DNA of 64,000 nt from an uncultured Candidatus Poseidoniales archaeon (GTDB taxonomy: Archaea; Thermoplasmatota; Poseidoniia; Poseidoniales; Poseidoniaceae), in contig CAZGJD010000001.1 of NCBI GenBank assembly GCA_964526385.1, forward strand, positions 86,355 to 150,354, in the 5' to 3' direction. Numbering within the stretch: the stretch's first letter is position 1; every line of letters starts with the position of its first letter. A program made the position numbers and the translations under genes. Positions 1-10,672 of the stretch are shown one piece after another. Below the pieces are notes generated by a model. The model saw only the letters and a list, made by a program, of their open reading frames with translations, did not search any database and was not told the origin of the DNA.

Positions 1-1
1 A

Positions 2-457
2 CAAGCAAGAGCACTAAAGGCAGAATTGCCAAAAAATGTGATTATTAAAATTCCTTGCACTCCGGAAGGGTTGGCTGCGACCAAGGTACTTAGTAGCGAA
101 GGAATAGATACAAATGTAACACTAATATTTTCAGCCTCACAAGCATTAATGGCTGCAAAAGCAGGAGCGACCTATGTATCACCATTCATTGGAAGAATTG
201 ATGACACAGGAGCAGATGGCATGGCTCTTATCGCAGAAATCATGACAACTTGGGCAAATTATGATATTGACACTAAGGTTTTGGCAGCCTCTATTCGACA
301 CCCTACACACGTTTTACAATGCATGCAGTTAGGTGCACATACGGTTACAATGCCTACGAAGATTTTCAAACAATTGATTACCCATCCACTTACAGACAAG
401 GGCCTTGATGGGTTCATGAAGGATTGGGCTGAGGTTGAAGCCGCTGGTAATGCATAA
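2..457 (+). CDS. tal: Transaldolase (short Tal/FSA family), 5'-truncated by window edge
   Basis: VIIKIP (Schiff-base Lys), [16 protein letters not shown] (Phe = transaldolase type, FSA has Tyr), [13 protein letters not shown]. Frame is open to the window start. Confidence 0.92.
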   Translation, partial: QARALKAELPKNVIIKIPCTPEGLAATKVLSSEGIDTNVTLIFSASQALMAAKAGATYVSPFIGRIDDTGADGMALIAEIMTTWANYDIDTKVLAASIRHPTHVLQCMQLGAHTVTMPTKIFKQLITHPLTDKGLDGFMKDWAEVEAAGNA

Positions 458-510
458 GCGAACTATTCATAAAAAACAAGCATCACACCGAATTGCAGGG
501 GAGGCGTGTT

Positions 511-1059
511 ATGGATAATGATGACAGGATAAAACGCCTATTAGATGGACAATTGGACCATGAAGAAATAGCTTCTGACCCCGTCTTGTCATCGCTCGCT
601 GAAAGAATCTTTGGTTTAACTATTGAACCGATGACTCCGACAAAGGGTTCCGCTATTCAAAACAATTTAGAGGAGTCTCCGTCGTCGTCTACCTCAAATT
701 CAATGATAGAGGTAATTCCAGCCACTCCAACTATACCACAAGCAGTGGCTCCACTTCCTGACTTAGAACCAGTAAAAAAGTTGGGTGAAACTTCCAATAG
801 AGGTTCAAAATTGAAAATATTCGGATTGATTTCCTTGTTTATCGCAGTTGGTAATTTGTTTGGATTATTCGGATTCCTTAATTCCCAATGCACTTCAGAA
901 CTATGTACCTCAGAAGCTACAAGAATAAATTGGTTAGGAATTCACAATATCTCGAACGAAATGGGTTGGTCTATGCCATTTCCAGAGGCTGGAATTCCTG
1001 ATTACATCGCAATAGGAGCCAGCATATTGTTGATAATTATCGCATTTATTCGCAAGTAG
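511..1059 (+). CDS. Hypothetical membrane protein: acidic/Pro-Ser-rich N-terminus, two TM helices around a Cys-containing loop
   Basis: ORF 493..1059, likely ATG at 511 after GGGAGG. Hydrophobic segments IFGLISLFIAVGNLFGLFGFL and YIAIGASILLIIIAFIRK. Confidence 0.7.
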   Translation: MDNDDRIKRLLDGQLDHEEIASDPVLSSLAERIFGLTIEPMTPTKGSAIQNNLEESPSSSTSNSMIEVIPATPTIPQAVAPLPDLEPVKKLGETSNRGSKLKIFGLISLFIAVGNLFGLFGFLNSQCTSELCTSEATRINWLGIHNISNEMGWSMPFPEAGIPDYIAIGASILLIIIAFIRK

Positions 1060-1074
1060 TCATGAGTTGATATT

Positions 1075-2568
1075 ATGGCGAAGCAAAAAGCAAATCGCGG
1101 AATTCCCTCAAAACTTGAAGACTTCAATGCATGGTATCCATTCATTGTCGAAGCAGCAGAGTTAGTTGATAAGAGATATCCAATAAAAGGAATGGATGTA
1201 TGGAGACCTTATGGCTGGAAAGCGATGAAAATGATTGACCGCTTAACTCACAATGAAATGGAAAGAACCGACCATGAAGAAGTTAATTTTCCACTTCTGA
1301 TACCAGAAAATTTGCTTGACAAGGAAAATGCTTTGGTTGCAAAATTAAAAATGGCGAGAGAAGAAGGTGTTGACCCAGACGAATTGAGGGTTGAAATCGA
1401 TGAGGGAGGATTCAAAAAAGAAGTTTATTGGGTTAAACATGCGGGTGAAAACGACCTAGATATTCCAATGTTCTTGCGTCCAACAAGTGAAACAGCAATG
1501 TATACTATGTTCCCGCTTTGGATAAGATCTCACAAAGATTTGCCACTCAAAATATACCAAATGGTTAACACATTTAGGTATGAGACTAAACAAACGAGAT
1601 CATTCATTCGTGTAAGAGAAATTCATTTCTTCGAAGCTCATACAGCACACGCTGATGAAGATTGCGCTACTAGACAAATCCAACAGGACTTAGAAATTGT
1701 TGATAATCTAATGCATGAACTATGTTTGCCAGTAATTAAAGCTAAGAGGCCTATTTGGGATACATTTCCTGGCGCTTGGTACACCATTGCAATAGACGCA
1801 ATAATGCCGAACGGAAGGACTCTTCAGGTTGCATCATGTCACCATTATCGGGACCAATGGGCAAAAGCTTTCGATGTTAAATATGAGGATATTGATGCTA
1901 AACAACAATTTGTTCACCAAACAACATATGGAATGTCAGAGAGATTGCTTGGAGCAATCGTAGGGATGCACGGCGATGATGACGGATTAATCATGCCTCC
2001 ATCTATTGCCCCCTTCCAAGTAGTAATTTGTCCTATGATTAGAAAGAATTCCGATGTAGACACCGTATCTAAAGCAGATGAGGTTGCTGAAATTCTAAGA
2101 AATTCGGGTATCAGAGTCAAAGTAGACTCAAGAGACATTCATGCAGGGCAGAAATACTATGATTGGGAAATAAAGGGTGTCCCATTAAGATTGGATATAG
2201 GACCAAGAGACATAGAAAGTAACACCGCATTTGCTGCGAAAAGAACCGGAGGAAAGGAACCACTTTCTTTGGACAACATTGTTACTGAATGCAAAAGAGT
2301 ATTGGATGAAATTTCAGATGAATTAAGAAGAAGGTCGAAACTTCATACCGAAGATGTTGTTCAACCTCTAACCGATTTGAACTCTATCGATGATGGGAAA
2401 ATATACGAATTAGCGTTCGATGGAACCGATTCCCATGCAGAACAAATTGAGAAAACTACTGGTCTTTCATTCTTAGGTGATGCAACAGAACCCTATGATG
2501 AAGAATTGCCGTGTTTTATGTCTGGTAAGCCAACAAGAAGGAGAGTCTTATTGGCCAAAACATATTGA
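1075..2568 (+). CDS. proS: Prolyl-tRNA synthetase (archaeal/eukaryotic type)
   Basis: LRPTSET, FRYETK..FIRVRE (motif 2), QTTYGMSERLLG (motif 3), anticodon domain WEIKGVPLRLDIGPRD. Confidence 0.97.
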   Translation: MAKQKANRGIPSKLEDFNAWYPFIVEAAELVDKRYPIKGMDVWRPYGWKAMKMIDRLTHNEMERTDHEEVNFPLLIPENLLDKENALVAKLKMAREEGVDPDELRVEIDEGGFKKEVYWVKHAGENDLDIPMFLRPTSETAMYTMFPLWIRSHKDLPLKIYQMVNTFRYETKQTRSFIRVREIHFFEAHTAHADEDCATRQIQQDLEIVDNLMHELCLPVIKAKRPIWDTFPGAWYTIAIDAIMPNGRTLQVASCHHYRDQWAKAFDVKYEDIDAKQQFVHQTTYGMSERLLGAIVGMHGDDDGLIMPPSIAPFQVVICPMIRKNSDVDTVSKADEVAEILRNSGIRVKVDSRDIHAGQKYYDWEIKGVPLRLDIGPRDIESNTAFAAKRTGGKEPLSLDNIVTECKRVLDEISDELRRRSKLHTEDVVQPLTDLNSIDDGKIYELAFDGTDSHAEQIEKTTGLSFLGDATEPYDEELPCFMSGKPTRRRVLLAKTY

Positions 2569-3933
2569 TTACATTCCAAGACCATCGATATCCATATCAC
2601 TGTCTCGCATCATACGTTTCATCTGTTTGTTCATTTTTCGATTTCCACTCATTCCCTTCATCATTTTACGAGAACGGTTCCACTGTCCAATTAGTTCGCG
2701 GACATCTTTTTCTTTTACGCCCGAGCCTCTCGCTATTCTCTTGATTCTGTCAGCTTTGATTTTAGCAGGTTCATCTTTTTCATATGTGGTCATAGAATCC
2801 ATGATAACCTGATAGCGATCGAGGTTAGTTTGCATAGCTTCTTTCTGATTTTTCCCCATTGCTCCCATTCCACCAAACATACCAGATGGAAGGAAAGACA
2901 GTAACTTATCGATTGTCCCGACTTTAGACATCATTTCCATTTGAGAGTACATATCATTTAATGTGAATCGCCCGGATAGCATTCGTTGAGTAATTCTCAT
3001 TGCTTCTTCTTCATCAAGGTCTTCAGGTGCTAAATCAATTAAGCCACGTATGTCACCCATTCCGAGAAGTCTGGAAATGAATCTATCAGACTCAAATTTC
3101 TCGAGGTCTGATACTTTTTCTCCAGTTCCGATATACATTATCGGAGCTCCAGTAGTCGCTACAGCGGATAAGGCACCACCACCTCTTGCGGTACCGTCTA
3201 ATTTGGTTACTACTATCCCCGTTACACCGGCTAAATTGTGGAAGTTAGCCGCCACTGGACCTGCCGATTGACCTACTTGCGCGTCTATAACTAAGAAGCG
3301 TTCATTCGCGTTTGCTATATCTGAAATATTTTCTAGTTCTATAACTAATTCCTCATCGAGTTTATGTCTTCCAGCGGTGTCTATTATTACTAAATCAGCT
3401 GCTGCGTGTTTTTTGAGACCATTTCTTACGATATCTGCGGCATTAGGATTATCTGGTTCACCATATACCTCAATAGTTGAATCTTCCAATAATTGAGTTA
3501 GTTGATTATATGCACCAGGTCGATGAACGTCGGCTTCTATTACTGCGACTCTAACACCGTGTTTCTTGCGATACCATTCAGCTAATTTAGCGGTCGTAGT
3601 TGTCTTTCCATTACCATACAACCCAACCATTAGTATTGTTGATTGGTGGGGCCTGACCTCCCTAGAAGGACCTAGCAATCTTACAAGTTCGGTGTACAGA
3701 ATATTCATTGCGTGGGTTTGAAGGTTAATACCGGGCCTTGGTTCTTCTTCACGAAGCCTCATATCAAGTCGTTCGGTTATTTCTTTTGTCTGACGGACGT
3801 TAAAATCAGCCTCTTGTAGGGCCCTTCGAAGAGTTTTTAGCATTTCTTTAAGTTCATCTTCGTTAAGTTTGCGCTTGTTTTTTAGCAAACCAATTGCAGA
3901 GAAAATTCCACGGGATAGGGACTCAAGCGCCAT
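2569..3933 (-). CDS. srp54: Signal recognition particle 54 kDa protein
   Basis: GLYGNGKTTT, DTAGR, TKLDGTARGG, Met-rich M domain with RIARGSG. ATG start at 3933. Confidence 0.97.
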   Translation of the reverse strand: MALESLSRGIFSAIGLLKNKRKLNEDELKEMLKTLRRALQEADFNVRQTKEITERLDMRLREEEPRPGINLQTHAMNILYTELVRLLGPSREVRPHQSTILMVGLYGNGKTTTTAKLAEWYRKKHGVRVAVIEADVHRPGAYNQLTQLLEDSTIEVYGEPDNPNAADIVRNGLKKHAAADLVIIDTAGRHKLDEELVIELENISDIANANERFLVIDAQVGQSAGPVAANFHNLAGVTGIVVTKLDGTARGGGALSAVATTGAPIMYIGTGEKVSDLEKFESDRFISRLLGMGDIRGLIDLAPEDLDEEEAMRITQRMLSGRFTLNDMYSQMEMMSKVGTIDKLLSFLPSGMFGGMGAMGKNQKEAMQTNLDRYQVIMDSMTTYEKDEPAKIKADRIKRIARGSGVKEKDVRELIGQWNRSRKMMKGMSGNRKMNKQMKRMMRDSDMDIDGLGM

Positions 3934-3972
3934 TGTATTAACCACCAACCCATTTCGTTTGAACCCAACGGA

Positions 3973-5142
3973 TTACTCTTCACCTTTAGGGAATGTTAAT
4001 TTTAAGACATCTTCTTCAAGTTTGGCCGAAACCTTGCTTGCTTTTGCTGGCCTATCGAAAGGAACTGGGTGTTCTCTTTCATTTATTCCTACAAATACTG
4101 TACCTGCCTCACTTCTAAGCGACAAATCATCTCTATCTATTCCTGGTAGATGTAAATAAACATCATCTGAATCTCTCCAAGTCCCGCGATTCACATCTAG
4201 CCCCAATCCTATTTTGAACGGGCCAAGTCCACTCCCTATGTTGATCGTTCCATGTAATTCAGTTCCAATACTTCGCAACAAGTTTAATCCATGGATGTCT
4301 GAATCTTTTAATTCCACTTCGTGAATATGCAAATCTGGTATTGATGATTGAAGGTCTGCTATATTTTTCCTTTCATGCATCCGTCGTGTTTGGATAAATT
4401 CATTTTCAATCTCAGGAGTCAATCGATTAACTACACACCCAGTTACAGGAAGGTTGAATTCTGCAAGGGATGCATGTGCTCTAACTGTTTCATTTACCCC
4501 CATTTTCTCAGGAATTGTTACCAATGTGAATCTTGTAACCTCTGGGTTGCACAAGATGCGTCGCACATGAAGTACTCTCCTCCTGAATTTCTCGAGTTCC
4601 TCTCGCATCTTTTCCCCCTCTTTAGCACCAAACATCAAAGACCTAATTCCTCCTGTAACCCTGTGAATTTTGATGATTTTATCAGCCCAATTTTCAATTA
4701 TCTCTGGCAAAGCAAGAAATCGGAGTGTGTGTCCTGTTGGAGCAGTGTCAAATACAATAACATCCCAATCTGGATTCTCAAGATGCTTCAATAATTCATC
4801 GAACGCCATAGCTTCGTCTAAACCTGGAAGGACCATTTCTGATGCATTCATATCTAACGATTCTCCACCCATAAATGGAGATAGGCTTTCTGTTAGCTTG
4901 GGTATGTGTTCACCAATTCTTGCTTCAGGGTCCAATTCCATACCCCACAAGCCAGGGACTCCCTCAACTTCCGTAGGAGTGGCTCCAAGTTGAAAATCCA
5001 GACTATCGGATGTAGAATGAGCTGGGTCACTACTGACGAGTAAGACCTTCAATCCAGAATCTGCTAAAGCTACTGCGGTTGAAGTGGACGTTGTGGTCTT
5101 ACCTACGCCACCTTTCCCTCCAAAGAGAAGGAGTCTTGCCAT
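3973..5142 (-). CDS. ArsA/Get3-family ATPase with C-terminal HSP20/alpha-crystallin-like domain
   Basis: GKGGVGKT, SSDPAHS, DTAPTGH. C-terminal LHLPGIDRDDLSL...VSAKLEEDVLKLTFPK resembles the alpha-crystallin fold. Confidence 0.85.
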   Translation of the reverse strand: MARLLLFGGKGGVGKTTTSTSTAVALADSGLKVLLVSSDPAHSTSDSLDFQLGATPTEVEGVPGLWGMELDPEARIGEHIPKLTESLSPFMGGESLDMNASEMVLPGLDEAMAFDELLKHLENPDWDVIVFDTAPTGHTLRFLALPEIIENWADKIIKIHRVTGGIRSLMFGAKEGEKMREELEKFRRRVLHVRRILCNPEVTRFTLVTIPEKMGVNETVRAHASLAEFNLPVTGCVVNRLTPEIENEFIQTRRMHERKNIADLQSSIPDLHIHEVELKDSDIHGLNLLRSIGTELHGTINIGSGLGPFKIGLGLDVNRGTWRDSDDVYLHLPGIDRDDLSLRSEAGTVFVGINEREHPVPFDRPAKASKVSAKLEEDVLKLTFPKGEE

Positions 5143-5218
5143 GATTTGGCCTAAAGATAGCCATATTCAATATTTGGTATTACAAAATTAACTTCAATGT
5201 GAATATATTCGAAGGTAC

Positions 5219-5938
5219 ATGGCAAGTGATTTGATGTTATTCCAAGTCTCTTCCATAGTCGCACTAATTGGAATGGGGTTAGGCTGGCGCGGTGTGATGA
5301 CTAGATATTCAGGATTCTATGACTTACCAACAGCGTGGAGTATGATGTTCTGGGGTATTTTGATTGGTGGATTCTATGGTAATTTGGGAGATTCATTTCT
5401 TCTAATTCCCGCATATGAAAGTGGTGGATTTCCATCTTTGAATTTTATTATCAGTCTATTATTAGCCGTAACAGTTCATTTAATTTTACGTAGGAAAAAA
5501 ATCAGAATGGGCGGTTCACAACCAACCACCGGCTGGGCTCTTGGCCTTTCAGTTGGAGGAATGCTCGGGATGTTTGCAATTTACAGAATTCTGCAAATAA
5601 ATGAGTTTAGCATCACTCTGGCAGGTTCTGTTGCATTAATCGCTATAGCATCTCCGAGATCCCATGCATTAATTTTTGCAAATCATGGTTATCGAATGCT
5701 GTTGGGTCAGAGATGGAGAGCCGTTATTCACACGTTTTTTTGGTCTACAATGACAATCGCATCAATTTACAGTGCAATATTCAATCCAATAATTTGGTTA
5801 TTTGTCATACCATTCATTTTATTGGCTGAAAAACGAGCGCATGATTGGGTATGGGCTGCGATTCCAAAACCTGCAAGAAGAAGGCTACGAAGGATTTGGG
5901 CAGACGCTGCGAGAGAAAGGCTAAATGAAGAAGAGTAA
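5219..5938 (+). CDS. Hypothetical multi-pass membrane protein (about 7 TM)
   Basis: 239 aa ORF, mostly hydrophobic, with a basic C-terminal tail. Confidence 0.7.
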   Translation: MASDLMLFQVSSIVALIGMGLGWRGVMTRYSGFYDLPTAWSMMFWGILIGGFYGNLGDSFLLIPAYESGGFPSLNFIISLLLAVTVHLILRRKKIRMGGSQPTTGWALGLSVGGMLGMFAIYRILQINEFSITLAGSVALIAIASPRSHALIFANHGYRMLLGQRWRAVIHTFFWSTMTIASIYSAIFNPIIWLFVIPFILLAEKRAHDWVWAAIPKPARRRLRRIWADAARERLNEEE

Positions 5939-6049
5939 ATACTTACTTACACACTTAATAGACCCCGATTTTATTAATTTACTAAAACCTAAATTAACTT
6001 TCATTTACATACAGAACCTTCATTTGGGTTCTACACAGGGTGTAGTACA

Positions 6050-7612
6050 ATGGGAGCGTGTCCATTCTGCCGTGCGCAAACACTGCCCGGCGATACTATC
6101 TGTTACAGTTGTGGTAGAGTAATATCTGGTGCATCTGGTATGACACAAAGAGTTCGTGGTGATTTTTCACGCGGTAAGACAAGAAAAGCAAAACCAGGAA
6201 GGGCGCCTAGTAAACATATGTCCGATGGAACGAAAATAAGGAGAAAGAGAAAGAAAAGCAAACTCAATCAACTTGGCTTGATTGCATTGATTGCCTTCAT
6301 ATTTTTTACGCCCGATGCAAGAGAGTATGTATTAGCAAAGTGGGCTGAACTTGAAGAATTCATCATGGAAGGGATTGCACCTTCACAAGTATTTCCTGTA
6401 GAAGCAGAATATACTGTTTTGAGAACCATTGACCTCTGGAACAATGATAGCGGGGTCGGCCACTTGGAAGAATCCATTCCTTTACCACAAGATTACACAA
6501 GTAATGAGAATGACCAAATTTCGCTTGCTTACACAGATGGTACAGAAGTCGAAAAGTCCACCATCCAGACAATTTTAAACATGGAAATACGGATAGATGG
6601 TGAGGTAATTCCAATACCCAAACAAGGTACAAAGAGTAAATCTAACGCCGTTGAAACCAGTCAAGGGAATCTTGTTTGGTGGCCGGGAATAGGACAAGGT
6701 TCAGATGATTGTGGGCACGGTAAATGTGTTAGAATTTCAATGGACATCCCTGAATTTTCACATGAAACAGTCGACTTAGCTGTGACCCTAAAATCAAAAT
6801 CTCATTCTTGGTGGCATACAACAAGGGTTAGCGGATTGGTTGATGGTAAGTCCGAGGGAGTCAGTCTGGCCCGCTCTGGAACATTTGATGATATTCAAGA
6901 AAGAGGACAAGGCACGAGATATTCTCAATTCGGCCAGTACATTGAATGGTATGATAGAAACGAATGTCAACAATTCGACCCTAATTGTAATCCCAATTTT
7001 GCAATCTCTGGTAAACAATCGACTGCACCTACAGTAGTTCAAACTGCCGCAAATATTGAGGCAAGTTTACCAACTAATCTCAAAGAAAATGTATACGCTT
7101 ACGGGAGAGCAACATTTGACTGGTTGAATGCGAACTTGCCATATGATTTTGGTGCAGGGGTCCAAGCCAGAAGTGGCGAACAGTGCTTGATTGCTGGAAT
7201 GGGAGATTGTGATGAACAATCTAATGCTTTCATGAGTATCATGCGAGTAAAGGGAGTACCTACTTGGTATGCATTTGGTGCTTTAACTGATCCGCAATTT
7301 GACACCTGGCAAGGGCACGGGTGGGCTTACGTAATGATTCCAATGTCTGATGACTGGTGTGAAGCAAACGATGTCGTGTTAGATACCTGCTATGTAGAAG
7401 GTTCGGTAGACGTAGTAAATCGAAAATGGTTAGTGCATACTCCAACTGCATACATTGATTGGATTGAAACTACACCTTCAAGCCTAATTGGTGAATATTA
7501 TGTTGGAGGAACAATGTCAGGAATCGAACGTATGAGGTCCTTCAGCACGGAAGAATACTCTACATCAAAAGATACCTGGAACAATAAATGGCTCCAGGAG
7601 GTCCTTTCATGA
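6050..7612 (+). CDS. Membrane-anchored transglutaminase-like protein with N-terminal zinc ribbon
   Basis: CPFC..CYSC, basic linker, one TM helix, then GDCDEQS / GHGW / D triad of the transglutaminase-like superfamily. Confidence 0.8.
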   Translation: MGACPFCRAQTLPGDTICYSCGRVISGASGMTQRVRGDFSRGKTRKAKPGRAPSKHMSDGTKIRRKRKKSKLNQLGLIALIAFIFFTPDAREYVLAKWAELEEFIMEGIAPSQVFPVEAEYTVLRTIDLWNNDSGVGHLEESIPLPQDYTSNENDQISLAYTDGTEVEKSTIQTILNMEIRIDGEVIPIPKQGTKSKSNAVETSQGNLVWWPGIGQGSDDCGHGKCVRISMDIPEFSHETVDLAVTLKSKSHSWWHTTRVSGLVDGKSEGVSLARSGTFDDIQERGQGTRYSQFGQYIEWYDRNECQQFDPNCNPNFAISGKQSTAPTVVQTAANIEASLPTNLKENVYAYGRATFDWLNANLPYDFGAGVQARSGEQCLIAGMGDCDEQSNAFMSIMRVKGVPTWYAFGALTDPQFDTWQGHGWAYVMIPMSDDWCEANDVVLDTCYVEGSVDVVNRKWLVHTPTAYIDWIETTPSSLIGEYYVGGTMSGIERMRSFSTEEYSTSKDTWNNKWLQEVLS

Positions 7613-9024
7613 GGATAATTATCGGTGGAGGAGGGAGAGTCGGCTCTGGATTGGCTAAAGCTCTAAGAAGCGAAGACAAGGAAGTAGTATTAGTCGATAA
7701 CAATGCAAGAGTTGTAAAAAATGCACAAGGTATGGATATTCTTGTCATTTATGGGGACGTGACCAAGAGAAATAAATTCATAGAAGCAGGTATAGATTCC
7801 GCTGAAGTTTATGTCGCTTCCACAGATTCTGATGAACTAAACCTGCTCTCATGTGCATTAGCAAAGCATGTTCATGCAGAGAAAACAGATGGGAAAGGAA
7901 ACTTAACCACAATTTGTCGACTTAGAAACCCTCATTTTGTCGAAGAACATAAATCTGGTAAATTAGGTCAATGGGCGGGAGTAGACCATGTTGTTCATCC
8001 TATTGATGATGCTATTGATAGGTTGATGTCGGGGCTGAGATCGTCATCCCTTTCAGAGGTTATTCCCTTCGAGGCCGATGCATATATCGTAGAATTAGAC
8101 GTTCGTTCTGAAGCAAGTAACGTAGTGCACAGGACACTCAGAGAGAGTGGAGCAAAGGTTGAGGGTGGTTTGCCTTTGATTGTTGGTCTCAAAAGAGATG
8201 GTAATCAAGGAAAAGTTCCAACTGCAGATGATATTTTACTACCTAATGATAGGGTAGCAGTAGCTACAGCGGGTGAGGCGTCATTCAACAGGATTTTGCG
8301 CATTTTAGGGCACGAAGCGGTTGACTTCCCTGAAAAACCGAAGGTCATAATATTCGGTGCAAGTTTAATTGGAACTAGGCTGGCTAAGGCTTGGCAGAGA
8401 ACAGGTGCCTCGGTAACAGTCGTGGAGAGAGACCTTCAACTTGCCAACAACATGGCCGGTTCGGACATAGGAGATTTGCCAGGAATCGAAATTATTCATG
8501 GTGACCACTTAGATAAAGAATTGTTATCCGAAATTGAAATTTCCTCGATGGACATCGCAATATCTGCTTTGGATAATGACCATGGTTCAATCGCAGCAGT
8601 TCTACTGGCAATGGATATGGGAGTAGAACGAACTGGTTTGATTCTATACGATGCTGATTTAGTAAGCGTCGTAAGAAGGATGGGGATTACATTCTCTGTA
8701 GATCGCAGACGCGTAGCAATTGACGCAATGCTTTCGAGAATTCATTCTGAATTACCTGGGCCTTATGCAGTCCTTTCAAGCGTACCAGACGTAGTCGGAA
8801 TTTGCTTACCGGTTACAGATAGAGTAAAATTTGTAGGAAAAACAATTGCAGATGCTGGTCTTCCCGAGTGGTGCAAAGTTGCATTTATACAAAGGAAAAA
8901 CATTCACGATGAATGGGAAACATTGCGACCTTCTTCGAGCAAAAATTTGTTGGAAGGTGATAAATTGACTATTTTCTTACCTCCTGACCGAGTATACGAT
9001 CTCGAAAGAAAATTCAAGGTGTGA
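7609..9024 (+). CDS. trkA: Trk potassium transporter RCK subunit
   Basis: IIIGGGGRVG Rossmann motif, two TrkA-N/TrkA-C repeats. ATG at 7609 with GGAGG SD, ATGA overlap with the upstream gene. Confidence 0.9.
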   Translation: MRIIIGGGGRVGSGLAKALRSEDKEVVLVDNNARVVKNAQGMDILVIYGDVTKRNKFIEAGIDSAEVYVASTDSDELNLLSCALAKHVHAEKTDGKGNLTTICRLRNPHFVEEHKSGKLGQWAGVDHVVHPIDDAIDRLMSGLRSSSLSEVIPFEADAYIVELDVRSEASNVVHRTLRESGAKVEGGLPLIVGLKRDGNQGKVPTADDILLPNDRVAVATAGEASFNRILRILGHEAVDFPEKPKVIIFGASLIGTRLAKAWQRTGASVTVVERDLQLANNMAGSDIGDLPGIEIIHGDHLDKELLSEIEISSMDIAISALDNDHGSIAAVLLAMDMGVERTGLILYDADLVSVVRRMGITFSVDRRRVAIDAMLSRIHSELPGPYAVLSSVPDVVGICLPVTDRVKFVGKTIADAGLPEWCKVAFIQRKNIHDEWETLRPSSSKNLLEGDKLTIFLPPDRVYDLERKFKV

Positions 9025-9031
9025 TAACAAG

Positions 9032-10672
9032 ATGCGTAGAGATGTGCTATCTCTGATAGTAGGCTGGACTATGGTTGCACTTATTGTGCCACTTTTGTTC
9101 AGTTTCTTCATCACGTGGTGGTTAGATGGAATTGGTACTGCGTTGGTGGCATTTTTCATACCCACATTACTTTCAGGAGTAATTGGAATAGGATTGCTTT
9201 CATTTGGAGTCAGGTCTGACACATCAGATAGATTACGAGATAGAGAAGCCTTTGCAGCAGTAGCCCTTGCTTACCCAGTAGCCGTATTCGTCGGTTCACT
9301 TCCATTTTGGTTAGGCGGAGTTTTTCACGGCCCCTTCACCGACGGGTCTACACTTGCGGATATAGGGAGAGGCTATGTCAATTCATGGTTCGAAGCAATG
9401 TCGGGTTTTACTACAACTGGCGCTACTGTCATTCAGCATTCGATGAGCCCAAATTGCATCCCAGGTACGACACCTGATTGCATCAACGCACAACCCAAAG
9501 GTATCCTGTTATGGCGTTCTATAACACAGTGGCTGGGTGGAATGGGAATAATCATGTTGGGACTGATGCTACTCTCTAGAGTCCTTGGCGGTGGAATGGC
9601 ACTCGCAAGAGCTGAATTAACTGGCCCCTCTCTATCTAGGCTTAGGCCAAAATTGCAACAAACAGCAATAGCATTGTGGACCATATACATCGTTTTGACC
9701 ATAGCAGAGATTCTACTTCTGTGGGGTGTTGGAGGAATGAGTATATTTGATTCCGTGAACCACGGATTAACAACACTTCCTTCAGGTGGATTTTCTACTC
9801 ACGATGCTTCAATAATGTATTACGACAGCATATTGATAGATTCAATAATTCTTATTTTCATGATTTTAGCAGGGCTTAATTTCACCCTGATATGGTTTGC
9901 ATGGGAAAAACAGTGGGGGAAAGTTTTAGGTGACGAGGAGGGAAAATATTACTTTGTTATTTTGACAACTGCTACATTATTCATAGTACTATCACTATTC
10001 ATCCAAGGTAATGCACTTGACAGAAATATAATGCACGCTATTTTCACCGTCGTCGCCATAAGTACCTCAACCGGTTACACTACAACAGACTACATGTTGT
10101 GGCCAGTTACAACCCATGTGGTTCTATTCTTTTTGATGATTATTGGTGGTTGTGCTGGCTCAACTGCTGGCGGATTGAAAGTATTGAGAGTATCCCTTGC
10201 TTTCAAGATGGCGTGGAGAGAAATTGGCAGGATTGTGCAGCCAAAACGCATCATGCGAATTAGAATGAATGGTGAGGTCATTGAAAGGGACAAACTGAGT
10301 CTAATAGTTGGAATGTTATTCGTATGGACAGCTATTTTTGCAATATCATGTATTTTCCTAACTATTGCATTACCCGATTCTGATTTTGAGTCAATAATGG
10401 GAGTAATTGCCTCTTCTCTTGGAAATACAGGACCTGCATTGGGTGACTATGGCCCAAGTAACACCTGGGCTTCAATGGGAACACCGTCGCTATTGTTTGT
10501 GTCGATCCTTATGTGGTTTGGAAGATTAGAATTGCTGACAGCATTACTACTATTACATCCGAGAACCTGGGCAAGAGAAGAAAGGGAAGCACCAGACAGA
10601 GCTTCTGTTAAATTAATTCGTGAATTATTCGAAAAGATGGAAGAAAAGTTAGAAGAAAAAGAGACCGATTAG
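9032..10672 (+). CDS. trkH: Trk potassium uptake membrane protein
   Basis: FEAMSGFTTTGAT, QWLGGMG, GGCAGSTAGGLK, LGNTGP, GRLE. Confidence 0.95.
   Translation: MRRDVLSLIVGWTMVALIVPLLFSFFITWWLDGIGTALVAFFIPTLLSGVIGIGLLSFGVRSDTSDRLRDREAFAAVALAYPVAVFVGSLPFWLGGVFHGPFTDGSTLADIGRGYVNSWFEAMSGFTTTGATVIQHSMSPNCIPGTTPDCINAQPKGILLWRSITQWLGGMGIIMLGLMLLSRVLGGGMALARAELTGPSLSRLRPKLQQTAIALWTIYIVLTIAEILLLWGVGGMSIFDSVNHGLTTLPSGGFSTHDASIMYYDSILIDSIILIFMILAGLNFTLIWFAWEKQWGKVLGDEEGKYYFVILTTATLFIVLSLFIQGNALDRNIMHAIFTVVAISTSTGYTTTDYMLWPVTTHVVLFFLMIIGGCAGSTAGGLKVLRVSLAFKMAWREIGRIVQPKRIMRIRMNGEVIERDKLSLIVGMLFVWTAIFAISCIFLTIALPDSDFESIMGVIASSLGNTGPALGDYGPSNTWASMGTPSLLFVSILMWFGRLELLTALLLLHPRTWAREEREAPDRASVKLIRELFEKMEEKLEEKETD

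Noticed and set aside
3973-5142. Arsenic-resistance ArsA
   Set aside because: Single ATPase domain, no metalloid-binding Cys cluster, and no arsR/arsD/arsB/acr3 nearby.
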